Translations under genes and position numbers: made by a program
Origin: Felis catus
Lineage: Eukaryota
DNA length: 64,000 nucleotides
Direction: 5' to 3'
NCBI RefSeq assembly: GCF_018350175.1
Contig: NC_058368.1
Coordinates: forward strand, 33,296,001-33,360,000
Notes under the pieces: generated by a model
What the model saw: only the letters and a program-made list of their open reading frames with translations
The model's database searches: none
What the model was told of the DNA's origin: nothing
In this document: positions 11,590 through 25,757 of the stretch, in pieces
Numbering within the stretch: the first letter of the stretch is position 1
Layout: the number at the start of each line of letters is the position of its first letter

Positions 11590-12945
11590 TCTCTAAGTTA
11601 ATTTTTTTTTCATTCCATGCCCAGGTCACATTTCTCCTGAGATTCTATACCTCCTCTCCAACTGGGTATTTCCACTTGCATGTTGCACTTCAAATTCAAT
11701 AAGTCTAAAACTGATCATCTCAAAGGCAGATTGAGTAGGTGAATAAAAGTGTAGGCTGTAGAGACAAGAAGCTGTTTTTCAGCCCTACCATTTAGAAAGT
11801 CAACATAATAAGCATAGTCTCCTCATTAGAGTGTTTGAAGACTAAGTGACTTAATGTGTGCCAAGTATTTAGAATGGTGCTCCTATAGAACAAGTACTAA
11901 ACTGTTTCCGCAAAACGGCAATACAATAATGTGTTTAGAATTTAGGATCCTGCCTGGCAGTCTAGATTGATATCTGTTAAGACAGTAGCTTTGTGACAAA
12001 AGGAAATTATTTGAACTTATTCTGACCCAGTCTCTTCATTGTTAAAATCAAAATAATAGTTCATATCCCATATTTTATTGTGAAGAGCAAGACAGTGTAG
12101 ATAAAGCACTCAGAATTTCTCATATATAATATACCTTTAGAATGGCTTATTAGTATTCTAATACCTAGTATGTCTTTTCTTAATTTCTCTAATTTCCTAA
12201 TTTTCCTTAATGACCTGGATATTCACTTACCTTTACCCACATTTGACATTAAAGACTTATCTTTGTTCTTTTAAACACTCATGAACCACACTGGTTGTCA
12301 TTCCTCCTTCCCTTGTTTTTCTTAATTCCTTCATTTTATTCTCACTCTATCCAGTGCAATTTTAGGTTATTTTTACCTTTCTAATAAAAGTAATTTCTTG
12401 ATGTCTTCAATACCATTCCTCTGTAACCACCTCTGCCTGTAACTATCAGATTATCCTCTGAAACTCATAGCACATAATTTGGCCCTTATCTGTTCATGAC
12501 CCAAGAATGGTTCCCTTGTGCCCGGATGACCCTCATCTAAGTCTAATATAGCCGGAAATTGACAGTTCTCTTTTATTTAGCCCCATTGCCTACTCCTTTT
12601 AAGAGGTGGTGAGGCTTTCTTAAATAATACTTCCCACTCTCTTTAGAGTGTTTTCTTTTGTTTTTCTTAGGTATCAGTACAGATTTCTAACTTGATGTAT
12701 GCTGTGTAAGCCTCAACTCAAGATCAGCTTCCCTCAGGAAACTTTTCATCATGTTCCCATGTATAGGTTGTATTTCCCTTTCCTATATTTTGTTAAACTT
12801 TTGTTTGTACTCATTCTACATGCAAAACTTACTGAGTATATGCTTTATTTTCCTAAGTATTACATGTCCCAGAATATTTCTTACATTGTGGTTGCCCAAT
12901 AAATCATCATTAATGAAATGAATGGATGAAATGAATAGATTCATT
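11590..12945 (+). mobile_element. Degraded L2 pieces with two MIR fragments (~11725-11905, ~11935-12130)
   Basis: L2-like 'ttcaaattcaataagtctaaaactga' and tail 'caataaatcatcattaatgaaatgaatggatgaa'. MIR-core-like 'cagtctcttcattgttaaaatc..ataatagt..attgtgaaga'. Confidence 0.55.
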
Positions 12946-12970
12946 CAGACTTATTATTTAAAAATCTCTA

Positions 12971-13192
12971 GGGGCGCCTGGGTGGCGCAGTCGGTTAAGC
13001 GTCCGACTTCAGCCAGGTCACGATCTCGCGGTCCGGGAGTTCGAGCCCCGCGTCAGGCTCTGGGCTGATGGCTCGGAGCCTGGAGCCTGTTTCGGATTCT
13101 GTGTCTCCCTCTCTCTCTGCCCCTCCCCCGTTCATGCTTTGTCTCTCTCTGTCCCAAAAATAAATAAACGTTGAAAAAAAAATTTAAAAAAA
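12971..13192 (+). mobile_element. Very young CanSINE (SINEC_Fc-type)
   Basis: CpGs intact (GGCGCAGTCGG, TCGCGGTCCGG, CCCCGCGTC). TSD AAAAATCTCTA on both sides. Confidence 0.98.
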
Positions 13193-13585
13193 ATCTCTAG
13201 CTCTTGGATTAGTAAATTATCACCATTTTCAGCTCATATTTTATTTAGGTTAACTGTACCTAGATGGAATGACATTAAAAATGCATCAAAATTAAAGTAG
13301 CTAAACTTTAAAAGAGTCAATAGAAGATATATAGCTTTGCTAACTCCCGATATAACCTACCATTTTTATGCCAGGTTTTATCAGCTATGACAAACAAAAG
13401 TTACGGTACTATGACCACTACATGTGACAACTTGCTGTGGTTCACCACGTTGTAACTTAGCAAGTGGAAGTCATGCTATTCTAATATTGTAAGACTGAAA
13501 CAAACTTATAAGGTTGTTAAGTGAAAATCCAAGAGGAGAACTTACTCATGTGGAAGGTACAGATATATTAGCCTATAGCATTTTT

Positions 13586-13826
13586 TAATTGAAATATAAT
13601 TAACATGAAATACTATATTCATTTCAGGTGTACTACATATCGATTCAACAATTCTATACATTGCTCAGTGCTCAAAATAATTGTAGTAACCATCTGTCAC
13701 CAAAGGTATTATAGTATTATTTACCAAATTCCCTATGGTGTACTTTTCATCTCCAAGACTCACTTAATTTCTAAGTTTGTAACTCTTAATCTTCTTCTAT
13801 TTCACCCATCTCCCCACCCCACCCCT
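13586..13826 (-). mobile_element. 5'-truncated carnivore L1 3' end
   Basis: 'tttaattgaaatataattaaca...tttcaggtgtac'. TSD TAGCATTTTT at 13576 and 13827. Confidence 0.85.
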
Positions 13827-14124
13827 TAGCATTTTTATACCAGTTATGCAAAAGATTTACAGGTAGCCAATCATTTGCAATAGTCATTTTTTTATTTGCC
13901 TAACGGGGGTAGAAACATGCCAACTTGATCATGACTGAAGCTTTACAGATACTTATCCATGTCACCATTTTCCATTTTATTCCAGGTCCTTATTTAAATG
14001 AACTTTGTTATGTGTCATCCATATGCTAATCTGAATAGTGATTCATTGTCATATTGCAACTCAATATACAAAATTTTATGTTCATAAAATTTATGAATTC
14101 AAGAATTAAAAACATGTATCTGTA

Positions 14125-14345
14125 GGACGCCTGCGTGGCTCAGTTGGCTGAGCGTCTGACTTCGGCTCAGGTCATGATCTTACAGCTCCTGCGTTTTGAG
14201 CCCCATGTTGGGATCTGGGCTGACAGCTCAGAGCCTGGAGCCTGCATCAGATTCTGTCTCCCTTTCTCTCTGCCCCTCCCCAACTCGTGCTCTGTCTCTT
14301 TCTCTCAAAAATAAATAAACATTAAAAAAATTAAAAAATATATAT
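14125..14345 (+). mobile_element. CanSINE
   Basis: Head GGACGCCTGCGTGGCTCAG. TSD AT(G/A)TATCTGTA. Confidence 0.95.
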
Positions 14346-15001
14346 ATATACATATATATATCTGTAAATACATAGAAATATGAAGTTTCCTTGCAACTAT
14401 TGCTGAATGACTGGAAGCAGAACTGAACATGTTAGGATCCCAGTTGGGTTTCTTTCATCTCAATGTTTGTGTTTGTCGCAGAAGATTTGTTTCGTAGGTT
14501 CATGATTTCAACATTTCCTTGGCATCCTTGTCCTCACGAAGCTCTAGTTCATACCAAAAGAGACATGTAAATCCATATTTATAATACATCTGGAAAATAA
14601 CTTTGGAGATGATTGCACTAGTGGCCCCAAGAAGGAACACTTACTTGGTGTGCCTCAGAGTTGGAATTGGTGCTGAGGGAGTCTTCACAAAGTTAGGAAA
14701 TACAATATAAACTAGATGTACAAAAATGCCTATTGTTTCAGAGTAAAAATAATAATTTAGGAAGATAGAGTATATAGGCTCAGAAAGCTCCTTAGCATTG
14801 TTTGTTGCCTTATATATTTCTTATGTATTTCTGAACTGGTGGGAGAAAGTGAAAAAAAACACATTAAGATGATCAGAGTACATTTCCTGCTGTTGTGTTT
14901 TCTAAAGAAATTGAAATAGCAAGATGTACAGAATCCCTTTAAATAGCTCACTTCCCACATCTCAATATACCATGACCTCCCAAAACAGAACTGCTCTGGT
15001 T

Positions 15002-15511
15002 TCTAGGAGTTTAGCACACACCACCCCAAATATATGCCATTTTGGCGTATTGACTATTTTGAGTTAAAGGCACTTAAAAAATAGCAGAAGCAATAAAAAC
15101 AGACTGACCTTCCTTCCTTTTCTAAAAGCAGGAGATAAAATTACCATGGGGAAGATGTTCTCCCTATACCAGAAGGAAGGTAACATTCTTATCATCAAGG
15201 ATGGGAAGTTGAGACCAAGAGAATTCTGCATGAACGGACCCTGTCAAAATATTTCTTCCATTCCTTCAGCTTCCCCACATAGTTTAGTTACTTTTCCCTA
15301 ACTGCGTCTCTTTGTTCAACCTAGTATAAAGCATTAAGATTTTGCCACTTCTTTGGGCCTCCATTTCCTAACTAAGTCTCCCATATCATGTATAATTTAT
15401 GTTAAATAATTTTTTGCGTTTTTCTCCTATCGATCCATCTTATGTCGAATGCGTGAAATATATTAAATGATTCACCCAAGAGGGTTGAGGTAAAATTTTG
15501 CCTCCACTGCA
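15002..15511 (+). mobile_element. Solo LTR, MER34-like (ERV1)
   Basis: Start 'ccaccccaaatatatgccattttggcgtattgactattttgagttaaaggca' matches the recalled MER34 5' end. TATAAA at ~15326; ends '...cctccactgca'. Confidence 0.75.
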
Positions 15512-15727
15512 ATATGAGTATGAAGGAGTCTGAATCAGTTTATCTCTGGCTCCTATATTGAATATTTGTGTAAACTCAGGTGACTTACTTAACAAAATGT
15601 AATCCCCAGTTTCTTCGTCAGTGAAGCATAGGGGCTATTGTGAAGATCAGAAGGGCTAATGAACATATCTATTAAGATAATGATGCTTAAAAATCTACGT
15701 GTGGTTTTTCAGGCCTGGACATAGGGA

Positions 15728-16308
15728 ATTATAAAGGTTTTGTCTAGAAGGCCTCATTCGGGAAAGCTGCTCTCCTCCCACCAGACTTGCCACACAGCCA
15801 ATGCAACATAGTCTCTAGACGAGTTCCAATCAAACACTCAGACCCGCCCATGGGCTGGGCATGCATGTTTGCATTCCTAGCTCTTAGTCCCCAGGCCTGA
15901 ATTCCTGGATCTCTTTATCTGAGGCCTTGGACCTAGGTCCTCTTCATGTAGTCCTCTGCAGAAGCCACCTTATTGGGGGAGGAGGGGAAAACCTTGAGGA
16001 GACTTTTCTCCAGTCTAAGTACCCACTAATTTCCCACACTGGGACCCTCAGTCGTCACACTGCCTGCAACCCATAAAACCGCTGCAGCCTTTTGTTCTTG
16101 GGTTCCTCAGCAGTGATATGACCTCCAGATCTGTGCTGATCCACCTGACCTCACCTGTGCACCATTCTATGCAGAAAATGAAAAACGGGGAGTCGCCACT
16201 TGCTTTGGTTTTAGCCTCTTGCTCATACCATCACAGAAGTTATTGAAGGCATAACTCTTTCATCTTTGGCATTTTGTTTTAATAGGCTACTCAGACATCT
16301 GGTAGCTC

Positions 16309-16353
<45 letters not shown>

Positions 16354-16375
16354 AGCTCATCTGAGCTCCTCACCA
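15728..16375 (+). mobile_element. Solo LTR, probably ERVL class (MER70-like)
   Basis: GC-richer block with 'cccataaaacc' TATA-like box; ends 'cagctcatctgagctcctcacca'. Family assignment from memory only. Confidence 0.55.
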
Positions 16376-16884
16376 TAGTGTATATCCCTCAATGATTAAA
16401 CTTAAACCCAGAAAAAATATGGATGAGACCCATGTGAACAAATTAGAGATGGAAGAAATACACAGAGAAGAAATGCACGTATCTATTACCTTGTCATTAT
16501 ATCGACTGCGGAAATATGATGAAAACTAATCACCTACCCCAGGGTAGAAACTCAGTAGGAGATTCAGTGAAGAACAGCATTTGAAATTCCTTCTGTGAGG
16601 TTGACACTCCTACTCAGTTACTGTTGGAGCCCTTTATAATCTTTATTGTCAGTTCTTCTATTTGCAGTGATCTAAATGCCAGAATCTCTTCCAGGTAACC
16701 TGGCATTTAATCCAAAGCCAGTGTATGTTCCTTTAAATCAATATCTAATGCTAAAGTAGATATTGCATGTTACATTACTATTAGATTTCAGCTCTCTAAC
16801 AGGTTAATTAGAATTTTGTGTGTTTTCCTGGGAACATAAACTTCTGTCCAGAATTAGATATCTCTGATTAAAATGTCTTATTTT

Positions 16885-17098
16885 GGGGCGCCTGGGTGGC
16901 GCAGTCGGTTGAGCATCCGACTTCAGCCACATCACGATCTCGCGGTCCGTGAGTTCGAGCCCCGCGTCAGGCTCTGGGCTGATGGCTCAGAGCCTGGAGC
17001 CTGTTTCCGATTCTGTGTCTCCCTCTCTCTCTGCCCCTCCCCTGTTCATGCTCTGTCTCTCTGTGTCCCAAAAATAAATAAACGTTGAAAAAAAATAA

Positions 17099-17126
<28 letters not shown>
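16885..17126 (+). mobile_element. Young CanSINE with (AAAT)n tail
   Basis: CpG-rich body. Perfect 16-bp TSD TAAAATGTCTTATTTT at 16869-16884 and 17127-17142. Confidence 0.98.
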
Positions 17127-17129
<3 letters not shown>

Positions 17130-17344
17130 AATGTCTTATTTTATTTTTTATCCAAGTAGCATTTTCTGCTGAAAGTTATTCAGAAATGGGGCTATGCCCT
17201 TTATGAATGCAAATATAAAAAACAATTAAACAGCATATACATGTTTATGAATGTATAATATATATTGCATATAACACAGAGACACATATACATCTATATC
17301 TACAAATGTGTAGCTAGTTAAGATACGTGGTACAGGTACGTTAA

Positions 17345-17346
<2 letters not shown>

Positions 17347-17381
<35 letters not shown>
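17347..17381 (+). repeat. (TG)n microsatellite
   Basis: Seen directly. Confidence 0.95.
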
Positions 17382-17384
<3 letters not shown>

Positions 17385-19751
17385 CATGCATGTGGTAAAG
17401 ACACCCACACCTTTTGTTGTAAGACATATTTTGGTAATATGAAATAGTTCATATGGTAATACATTCCTTTTCTCGTTGTGTATTTAGCAACACGTGTGTC
17501 CATGTTGATGGTGTAACCCAACTGCACAGTGATTTGCAAGTAACAAATGTAATTAAATTACAACAAACCATGTTGAAGACACAATGCAGTTATGTACAAA
17601 TCCAAGTTTAGAAGAAAAAACAATTCTTGGAATATTTCAGATCAAATCTTTAGGGAAACAAAAGCCATCAGAGGAAAGCAAACTATTCTGCATTAGAAAT
17701 ACAAACACAATATACATATATAGAGATAGGACAGGCACATATTTACTTAAACTAGTGAGCAGTAAACATTATTCATATACTGCGAATATCACACTGTATT
17801 TATTTTAAACTAAAAACTGCAATGTATATCATTATATCATCTAATCTTACTAAATATAAGAGATTCAGATAGAATACCCAATTTTTGCCATTTGTGAATG
17901 CCATTATCATAAGAAACATGTTCAATTTTGTAAATCAACTGAAGAAAGTGACCTACTCTCTGGAATTTAGTAAAGTTGCTTATTTACAACCACAAGCACT
18001 CCTATCAATCAAAATCTTTCATGCATAGAAAGAAAAAAAAGATGGAATTTTCAGGTTATTTTGTACCCAAAGAAATGTGATCATAGGATATTGTTCATTA
18101 TAACCTAAAGTGCTATTACAGACAGAAAAAAAGCATTTCTCAATTCAAGCTGAGTAATCAGCTTGAAAAGGAAAAAAAAAAAAAAGTAGTGAATTCAACA
18201 TTGAAAGTCCAAATACTAAGAATAAATCTTCAACAATCAGCAAAAATTCAATACAGGTAGCTTTTTCTTTCACTGTAACAGCTATTGATACCATTTCAAT
18301 ACCCCAAATAAAAATTAAAAGTGTGGCATAATACTATTTTACACAAAATCTGTACAGATTTATACTCAAGAATGGACTTAATAGTTCTTACTACCTTCAA
18401 GGGAGACTAAAGTCTGAAATAAGAGGAGGGACCCACTTTATAGCACTCAATTGACAATGTCTTAAGGCAGGAGTATAGAAAAGAACTACAGCTGTTATAA
18501 AATTGTTCTCTAGGGCAGCTTATATCATGAGACCACAGCTATTCATTCTTTAAAGAAACTTCCAAAAATCACATAGTATTTTATCCATTAAAATGATGCT
18601 GCATTGCAAAAGAAAGTATACACACCATGGTAAAGACTATATTTTCAGTATACACAGTCTTATCAAATTTAAATTGGTATTGCATATGGACTAGACAGAT
18701 TTTATAAATTTAAAAATTGTAAATTTTCTTCTAACCTAGGGAAAAATTTCCAGATGTTTCAAGTGCACACACACAAACATACACATGCAAGTATTTATAA
18801 AATATCAGTAATTATATACTATATGACAATAATATACATATTATCTATACATATTATATATGTAATAGTTCAATACTTTAATAAAAGCTTGCTTCTACTT
18901 TCAATGACCTAAAATAATATGACATTTTTACTCCTCTCTGATTATATTTTAACTTGAATACCTTAAGAAAATATAAATTTGACTGCATAAGAAATGAAAG
19001 CATAGTAAATCACCAGGCAATAAAAGCTTACTGAGTGCCTTTTATTTACTTAATGTTTTAAAATGTCTGTGCTAGGAACTGCAAGATATAACAAAAATAA
19101 AACTTTCGTTACTCTCCTGGAAATTTCAAACTATTTGAAAAGGGAAAAAAAACTTAAAAAGTTTGAATACTTAGCAAACATAAGCATTATATAATTATTA
19201 AAACAGAGCAAAAAAAAAAAAAAGGAAGCTCAGAGAGAAATCACTTTGTATTTAATAGTTGTCAAAGTGCCAGTACAATAGGTCTTAACTAATAAATACA
19301 AGAATGAAAAATTAGAAGAAATATCGAAGAGGAAGGAGGTAGCAGGGGGAGAGAATGAAGAATACAGACCACTTTAGCTATAGTTTAAAGGATGAATCAA
19401 TTTACAATGGAAATGGAACTACACAAATGGTATTTTGAAAGGTTTAACTAAAGCATTCAAGGGAACAGAAGCCATTACAATAGTCTCCTAAAATAGGTGG
19501 AGATCGACTCTCTGAAGACTTGGGTGAAGAATAGTAGAAATCAAGGTTGCATGTACAAAACGATGGCCAAAATCAGTATCAACAATTGTATTACACAAAT
19601 AGTGTAGATGATCGAAACGTACTCTCTTTATTGGTGTAAATTATAATGATATTAAAGGAAAATTGAATAAACACTAAGTCTGTTTCAATAGGAAGATCAT
19701 TTCCATAGATTTAGTGACATTCTTAGCCAGGACTGAAAAATAATACAGTAT

Positions 19752-21498
19752 ATCTTGATGAGTTCCCAATAGTTAATTTTTACTTTATTTCCCTTGCCTT
19801 CAGAGACATGTAAAAGTATGAAGTTGCTGGGTTGGGGTCAAAGAGGTTTTTTGCCTGCTTTGTCCTCGAGGATTTTGATGGTTTCCTGTCTCACATTTAG
19901 GTCTTTTATCCATTTTGAATTTATTTTTTGTGTATGGTGTAAGAAAGCGGTCCAGTTTCATTCTTCTGCATGTTGCTGTCCAGTTCTTCCAGCACCATTA
20001 GCTAAAGAGAGTGTTTTTTTTTTTTGTTTTTTTTTTCCATTGGATACTCTTTCCTGCTTTGTTAAAGATTAGTTGGTCATACATTTCTGGGTCTATTTCT
20101 GGGTTCTGTGTTCTATTCTCTGTTCTATGTGTCTGGCTTTGTGCCAATTCCATACTGTCTTGATGTTTACAATTGGTAGTACAGGCTGAAGTCTGGGATT
20201 GGTATGCCTCCCACTTTTGTTTTCTTTTTCAGCATTACTTTGTAAGGAACCACTTTTGTGGTTCCATAAAAATTAGAGTATTCTTTGTTCTAGCTCTGTC
20301 AAGAGTGCTGGTGCTATTTTGATTGGGATTGCATTGAATGTGTAGATTGCTTTAGGTAGTATCAACATCTTAACAATATTTGTTCTTCCAATCCATGGAA
20401 TATTTTTCCATTTCTTTGTGTCTTCTTCAATTTTCTTTCATAAGTTTTCACATACAGATATTTACCTCTTTGGTTAGCCTCACCAAGATAAAAATGTTCT
20501 GCACAGCAAAGGAAATAATTAACAAAACTAAAAGGCAACCAAGAGAATGGGAGAAGATATTTGCAAATGACATATTGGATAAAGAGCTAATATCCAAAAT
20601 CTATAAAGAACTTATCAAACTCAACACCCGAAAAACAAATAATCCAGTAAAGAAATGGACAAAAGAGTGAATAGACATTTTTCCAAAGAAGACATCCAGA
20701 TGGCTAATGGACACATCAAAACCACATTGAGATACCACCTCACACTGGTCAGGGTGGCTAAAATTAACAACTTAGGCAACAACAGATGTTGCAAGGATGT
20801 GGGGAAAGGGGAATGAACCCTCTGGCAATATTGGTGGGGATGCAAAATGGTACAGCCACTCTGGAAAAGTATGGAGGTTCCTCAAAAGATTAAAAATATA
20901 ATTATCCTATGACCAAGCAATAGCACTACTAGGAGTCTATTCAAAGGATACAGGAGTGCTAATTTGTAGAAGCACATGTACCCTAATATTTATAGCAGCA
21001 CTATCAACCACAGCCAAATTATGGAAAGGGCCTAAATATCCATCACCTGATGAATGGATAAAGATGAAATACTACTCAGCAAATAAAAAGAATGAAATCT
21101 TGCTATTTGCAACAACATGGATGGAAATGGAGGGTATTATGCTAAGTGAAATAAGTCAGTCAGAGAAAGACAGATATCATATGTTCTAACTCATATGTGG
21201 AATTTGAGAAACTTAACAGAAGACCATTGGGAAAGGGAAGGAAAAAAAATAGTTACAAACAGAAGGAGTCAAATCATAAAAGACACTTAAATATACAGAG
21301 AACAAACTGAGGGTTGATGGGGGTGTGGGATTGTGGGGGACGGGGAAAATGGGTGATTGGCATTAAGGAGGGCACTTGTTGGGATGAGCACTGGTTGTTG
21401 TATGCACATGATGATTCACAGAACCTATTCCCAAAACCAAGAGTACACTGTATACATTGTATGTTAGCTAACTTGACAATAAATTATATAAAAAAATA
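19752..21498 (+). mobile_element. 5'-inverted (twin-primed) carnivore L1: inverted piece ~19752-20476, sense piece ~20477-21498
   Basis: Antisense ORF2, then sense ORF2 C-terminus ([52 protein letters not shown]), 3'UTR, AATAAA and A tail. TSD ATAAT(A/G)CAGTAT. Confidence 0.92.
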
Positions 21499-21608
21499 TA
21501 TAATGCAGTATTACAGGGAGAAAATTGTACTAAAGTCAGAAAACTTGGCTCTGCTCTTCCCTTGATTCTTCATTTAATAACTGTTTACATCTAACATCTG
21601 CTATTCAA

Positions 21609-21742
21609 GGGGCGCCTGGATGGCACAGTTGGTTAAGCATCTGAGTCTTGATTCTTGGCTCAGGTCATGATCTCATAGTTGGTGAGATTGAGCCCCTCCA
21701 GCTCCACACTGACAGCAGGTTCTCTCTGTCCCTCCCTCTCTG

Positions 21743-21829
<87 letters not shown>

Positions 21830-21860
21830 CAAATAAATTAAACAAACTGTAAAAAATAAA
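21609..21860 (+). mobile_element. CanSINE with (CT)n(CA)n, inserted in a MIR (~21520-22065)
   Basis: TSD ATCTGCTA(T/C)TCAA at 21596-21608 and 21861-21873. MIR-like flank 'gaaattagataattaatgtaaagcatttggaa'. Confidence 0.92.
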
Positions 21861-23839
21861 ATCTGCTACTCAAAAGTTGTTTACCTTATCTAGTAAGTTA
21901 ACATTTCTATTCCAGAGCCTCCCTCTACAAAAGAAAACGTATAATGCTACCTAGGTTCTGAGGTCATTTTGTGGGTGAAATTAGATAATTAATGTAAAGC
22001 ATTTGGAATTTAGAACATGACCCATATCTGGCACATAGAAAGTACTTAATAACTGTTGAACTAAAACATGAACTCCATCGACTCCACCACCAGTCTCCTT
22101 CATTTTGATTAGATCTGTACCATTGGCTCTCCCTCCCTTCTCTGTCTTCACAGTCATCCTTCATCAACATTTCTGTGAATAACTTTCAGAGAAAAAAACA
22201 CTTGCACTTGTTGACAAAGTTGTGGGGAGATCAGTAGCTTTGAAAATTGGTAAAAATTCTAGGAAAAAAATTAGCAGCATATATCACATGCCAAAAGAGA
22301 GTTCATATTGATCTGATGTCACTACTTAAGAATTCTAAAGAAGTGTGTGGGAGTTCTATGCACAATGACATATAAGTATTACTTATAATGTAGCACTATT
22401 GAAAGCAATTGAAATGTGGTTAATTAAATTGTAGATCATGGTACATCTTCCTAATGAAAAACTATATGCCTATTAGAAATGGTAATTAGAAAAATTAGGA
22501 AGCACTATTGAGAAAAATGAGTATGATATGTTAAGGGAAAAAAGGCATTATAATATCATATGAATGTCCATTATAATGGTAATTTTGCAAAGAATGTATA
22601 TGCATAATAAAAATACTGAAATGGGATTCATACAAAATAAAATATTAGCTAAGTTAGCCTGGTGGAACTAATGATTATCCTATTTTCGCACATTCTGTAA
22701 TGTCCAAATATTTTTCAAATAAAAATTACACCTCCATTTTCCTCTTGGTTGCTTAAAGACTCAATAGTAATGCCACGCTACCCTAAAAGAAATATATCAA
22801 ATTCCTAATCATGTGAAGCAAAGTATATCATCAGTTTGTCGTAATCTACTTTCTAGGCACATATGCCTTCAGTCTAGTTTGTTGTGCATGATTTTTCTGT
22901 TATTCTGTTATTTTTCTCATTCTTTCCCTAAATGCCAAGCATAGAAAGTTCTGTTGTGGTCAGCGAATTATGGATAACATACTTGTGATGATAACATGAA
23001 TCACACTTTAGGATTCCAAACATGGCATTGTTTAATATCTATGCTTCATTTTCTTCTGGTGGAAAATAGGTAAGAGGATGGTAAAAGTAGGTATGACATA
23101 GAGTGGTTGGGATTTAAAATGTTAATACAAACTAAGCACTTAGATCTTCTACTGGCATTTAATTAGTACCATATGGGTTTAGGTTTCAACAACAAAAACT
23201 ATCTAAACTCATTGAGTGCATAGCCTACTTAAAGCTTTCTTTTGTTTGTTTTTCTTTGTTAAACAATTCCATGTATTAGAATTCCAGGTATGGTACCATG
23301 GAATTCCATGTACCTAATTCCATATATCTTTTTATTTAACTTTTTGAAGAATTCTATGATATAGATAGATGTCATTGCTGTACTGATTTATATACAAGGA
23401 AGTCAAGGCACAGGCAATTTGAATAACTTAGCAGTGGTAAAACAGCTAAGGTATAATCAAAGTAAGTGATGTTTTACTTAATGCTGAACATATTTTGTCT
23501 TTATTTTTGACAAATTGGGACCAAAGGAAGAGCATAGCCAAATTTTCTTACTTTCAACCCATTTTTTTCCATTATATCATACTGTATTATTTAGCTATCC
23601 TTGGCAATATACTTGTCCTATGATATAATTGGAAATGGCGTTCATAATAAACAGACCTATAAACTGTTAGTTTTTATTAAAATATTCTCTACTAAAATTA
23701 TAGTTACTTGCTGTTTTCAGAGTATTTTTTTAAGTTAGTAGAAGCTTTAAATGTGCTGGTAATGCATGAATTTCTGTTTTTCCAATCTGAGTTGTTTCTG
23801 CAGAGATAGATAAAAAAGAGGTGTGGTGCTTTGTGCTAT

Positions 23840-24870
23840 ACTAACCATTTTCAAGTAAGTTCAGTGGTATTAAGTACATTCATATTGTTGTGGAACCATC
23901 ACCGCCATTCATCTGCAGAACTCTTTTCAAATTACAAAACAAACTCCATAACCCTTAAACAATAACTCCCCTATTTCCCACTCCCTTCAGCACCTGGCAA
24001 TTCACGCATTACCACTATTCTACTTACTATCTCTATGAATCTGAGTACTCTAGCTATCTTACATAAATGAAATCATGTATATTTGCCTTTTTTGTGACTG
24101 GCTTATTTCACTTATGATAATGCCCAAGGTTCATCCATGTTATAGAATGTTCCAGAATTCCCTTTCTTTTTAGGGTTGAATAATATGCCATTGTGTGTAT
24201 ACACTACATTTTATTTATACATTCATCCACAATGGACACCAGGGTTGCTCCCATATTTTGGCTATTGAGAATAATGTTGCTATGAACATGGGCATACATA
24301 TGTCTCTTTGACCTTTCAAATCTTTTAGGTATACATCCAGAAGTGGAATTTCTGGATCATGTAGTAATTATATTTTTAATTTACTTAGGAATTGCCACAC
24401 TTTTCCACAGTGCTGCACCATTGTACATTTTCACCAACAGTGCACAAGGATTCCAGTTTTTCCATATCCTTGACAACACTTGCTATTTTCTGTGTTTTTG
24501 ATAGTAGCCTAACTAACAGGTATGAGGTAGTATCTCATTGCTGCTTTCATTTGTATTTCCCCCAGTGATTAGTAATGTTAAGCATCTTTTCATATACATG
24601 ATAGCCATTTATACATTTTCCTTAGAGGAGTGCCTATTTAAGCATTTTGCCCATTTTTGAATCATGTCATTTGTTTTCTTATTGTTGTATTTTAACAGTT
24701 CCCTATATATTGTGGATATTTATCCCTTATCAGATACATGATTTGAATATAGATGATTTCTTTCCATTCTGTGGGTTGACTTTTGATGTACAAAAGTTTT
24801 TAATTTTCATGAAGTCTGTTTATTTTTTCTTTTGTCATTTGTGTGTTTAGTATTCTACCCAAGAAATTAT
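23840..24870 (-). mobile_element. Old L1 3' fragment (L1MB-like)
   Basis: 'ttcagtggtattaagtacattcatattgttgtg', 'gactggcttatttcactta', 'ccagaagtggaatttctggatcat'. Confidence 0.88.
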
Positions 24871-25010
24871 ATATCCTTTCATTTTTAACTTATATCTTTA
24901 GGTATCAAGTGACTCTTTTATGGACAGGTTATAGTTGGATTATGTTTTAACCCATTGTATCCAGTTATATTTCTTATCCACTAAATATAAACTTCCATGA
25001 ATTCTTCATT

Positions 25011-25708
25011 TTCTCAATTTTATTGATGTACAGTTGACAATTGAAATTGTGTATAATTAAGATATACAATTTAATAGCTTGATGTATGTACATATTGTGA
25101 AATATTCACAACAATCAAGCTATTTCACATATTTAACACCTCACATAACTACTGTTTTCTTTTCTTTTTTTTTTGACAGTGAAAACACTTAAAATCTACC
25201 ATCTTTACAAATTTCAAGTGTAAAATACACTATTGTTAATTATAGTCATACTATTGTACATTAGATCTCTAGAACTTACTCATTTAGGATAACTGTAACT
25301 TTATAGTCCTTGACCAATATCTCCCCATTTTTCCTCCCCAACCCCTGGTAACTACCATTCTTCTGTTTCTATGAGTTTGACTATTTTAGATTCCACATAT
25401 AAGTGAGATCAAGCAGTATTTGTCTTTCTGCGTCTGGCTTATTTTATTTAGCATAATGTTCTCCAAGTTCTGTTACTGAGAATGTAAATTGGTAAAAATA
25501 TTATGGAAAACGGCATGGAGTTTCCTCAGAAATTACAAACAGAAGTACCTTATGATGCAGGATTCCTGTTTCTGGGTCTATATCCAAAGGAAATGAAATC
25601 AGTATCTTGAAGCGGTATCTTCACTGCCATATTCATTCAGCATTATTCACAATAGCCAAGATATGGAAGCAACCTGAATGCTCATTGATAGAGGAATGGT
25701 TAAAGAAA

Positions 25709-25757
<49 letters not shown>

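Noticed and set aside
12971..13055. tRNA-like A-box and B-box sequence
   Set aside because: It is the tRNA-derived SINE head, followed by CT tract, A tail and TSD; not a tRNA gene.
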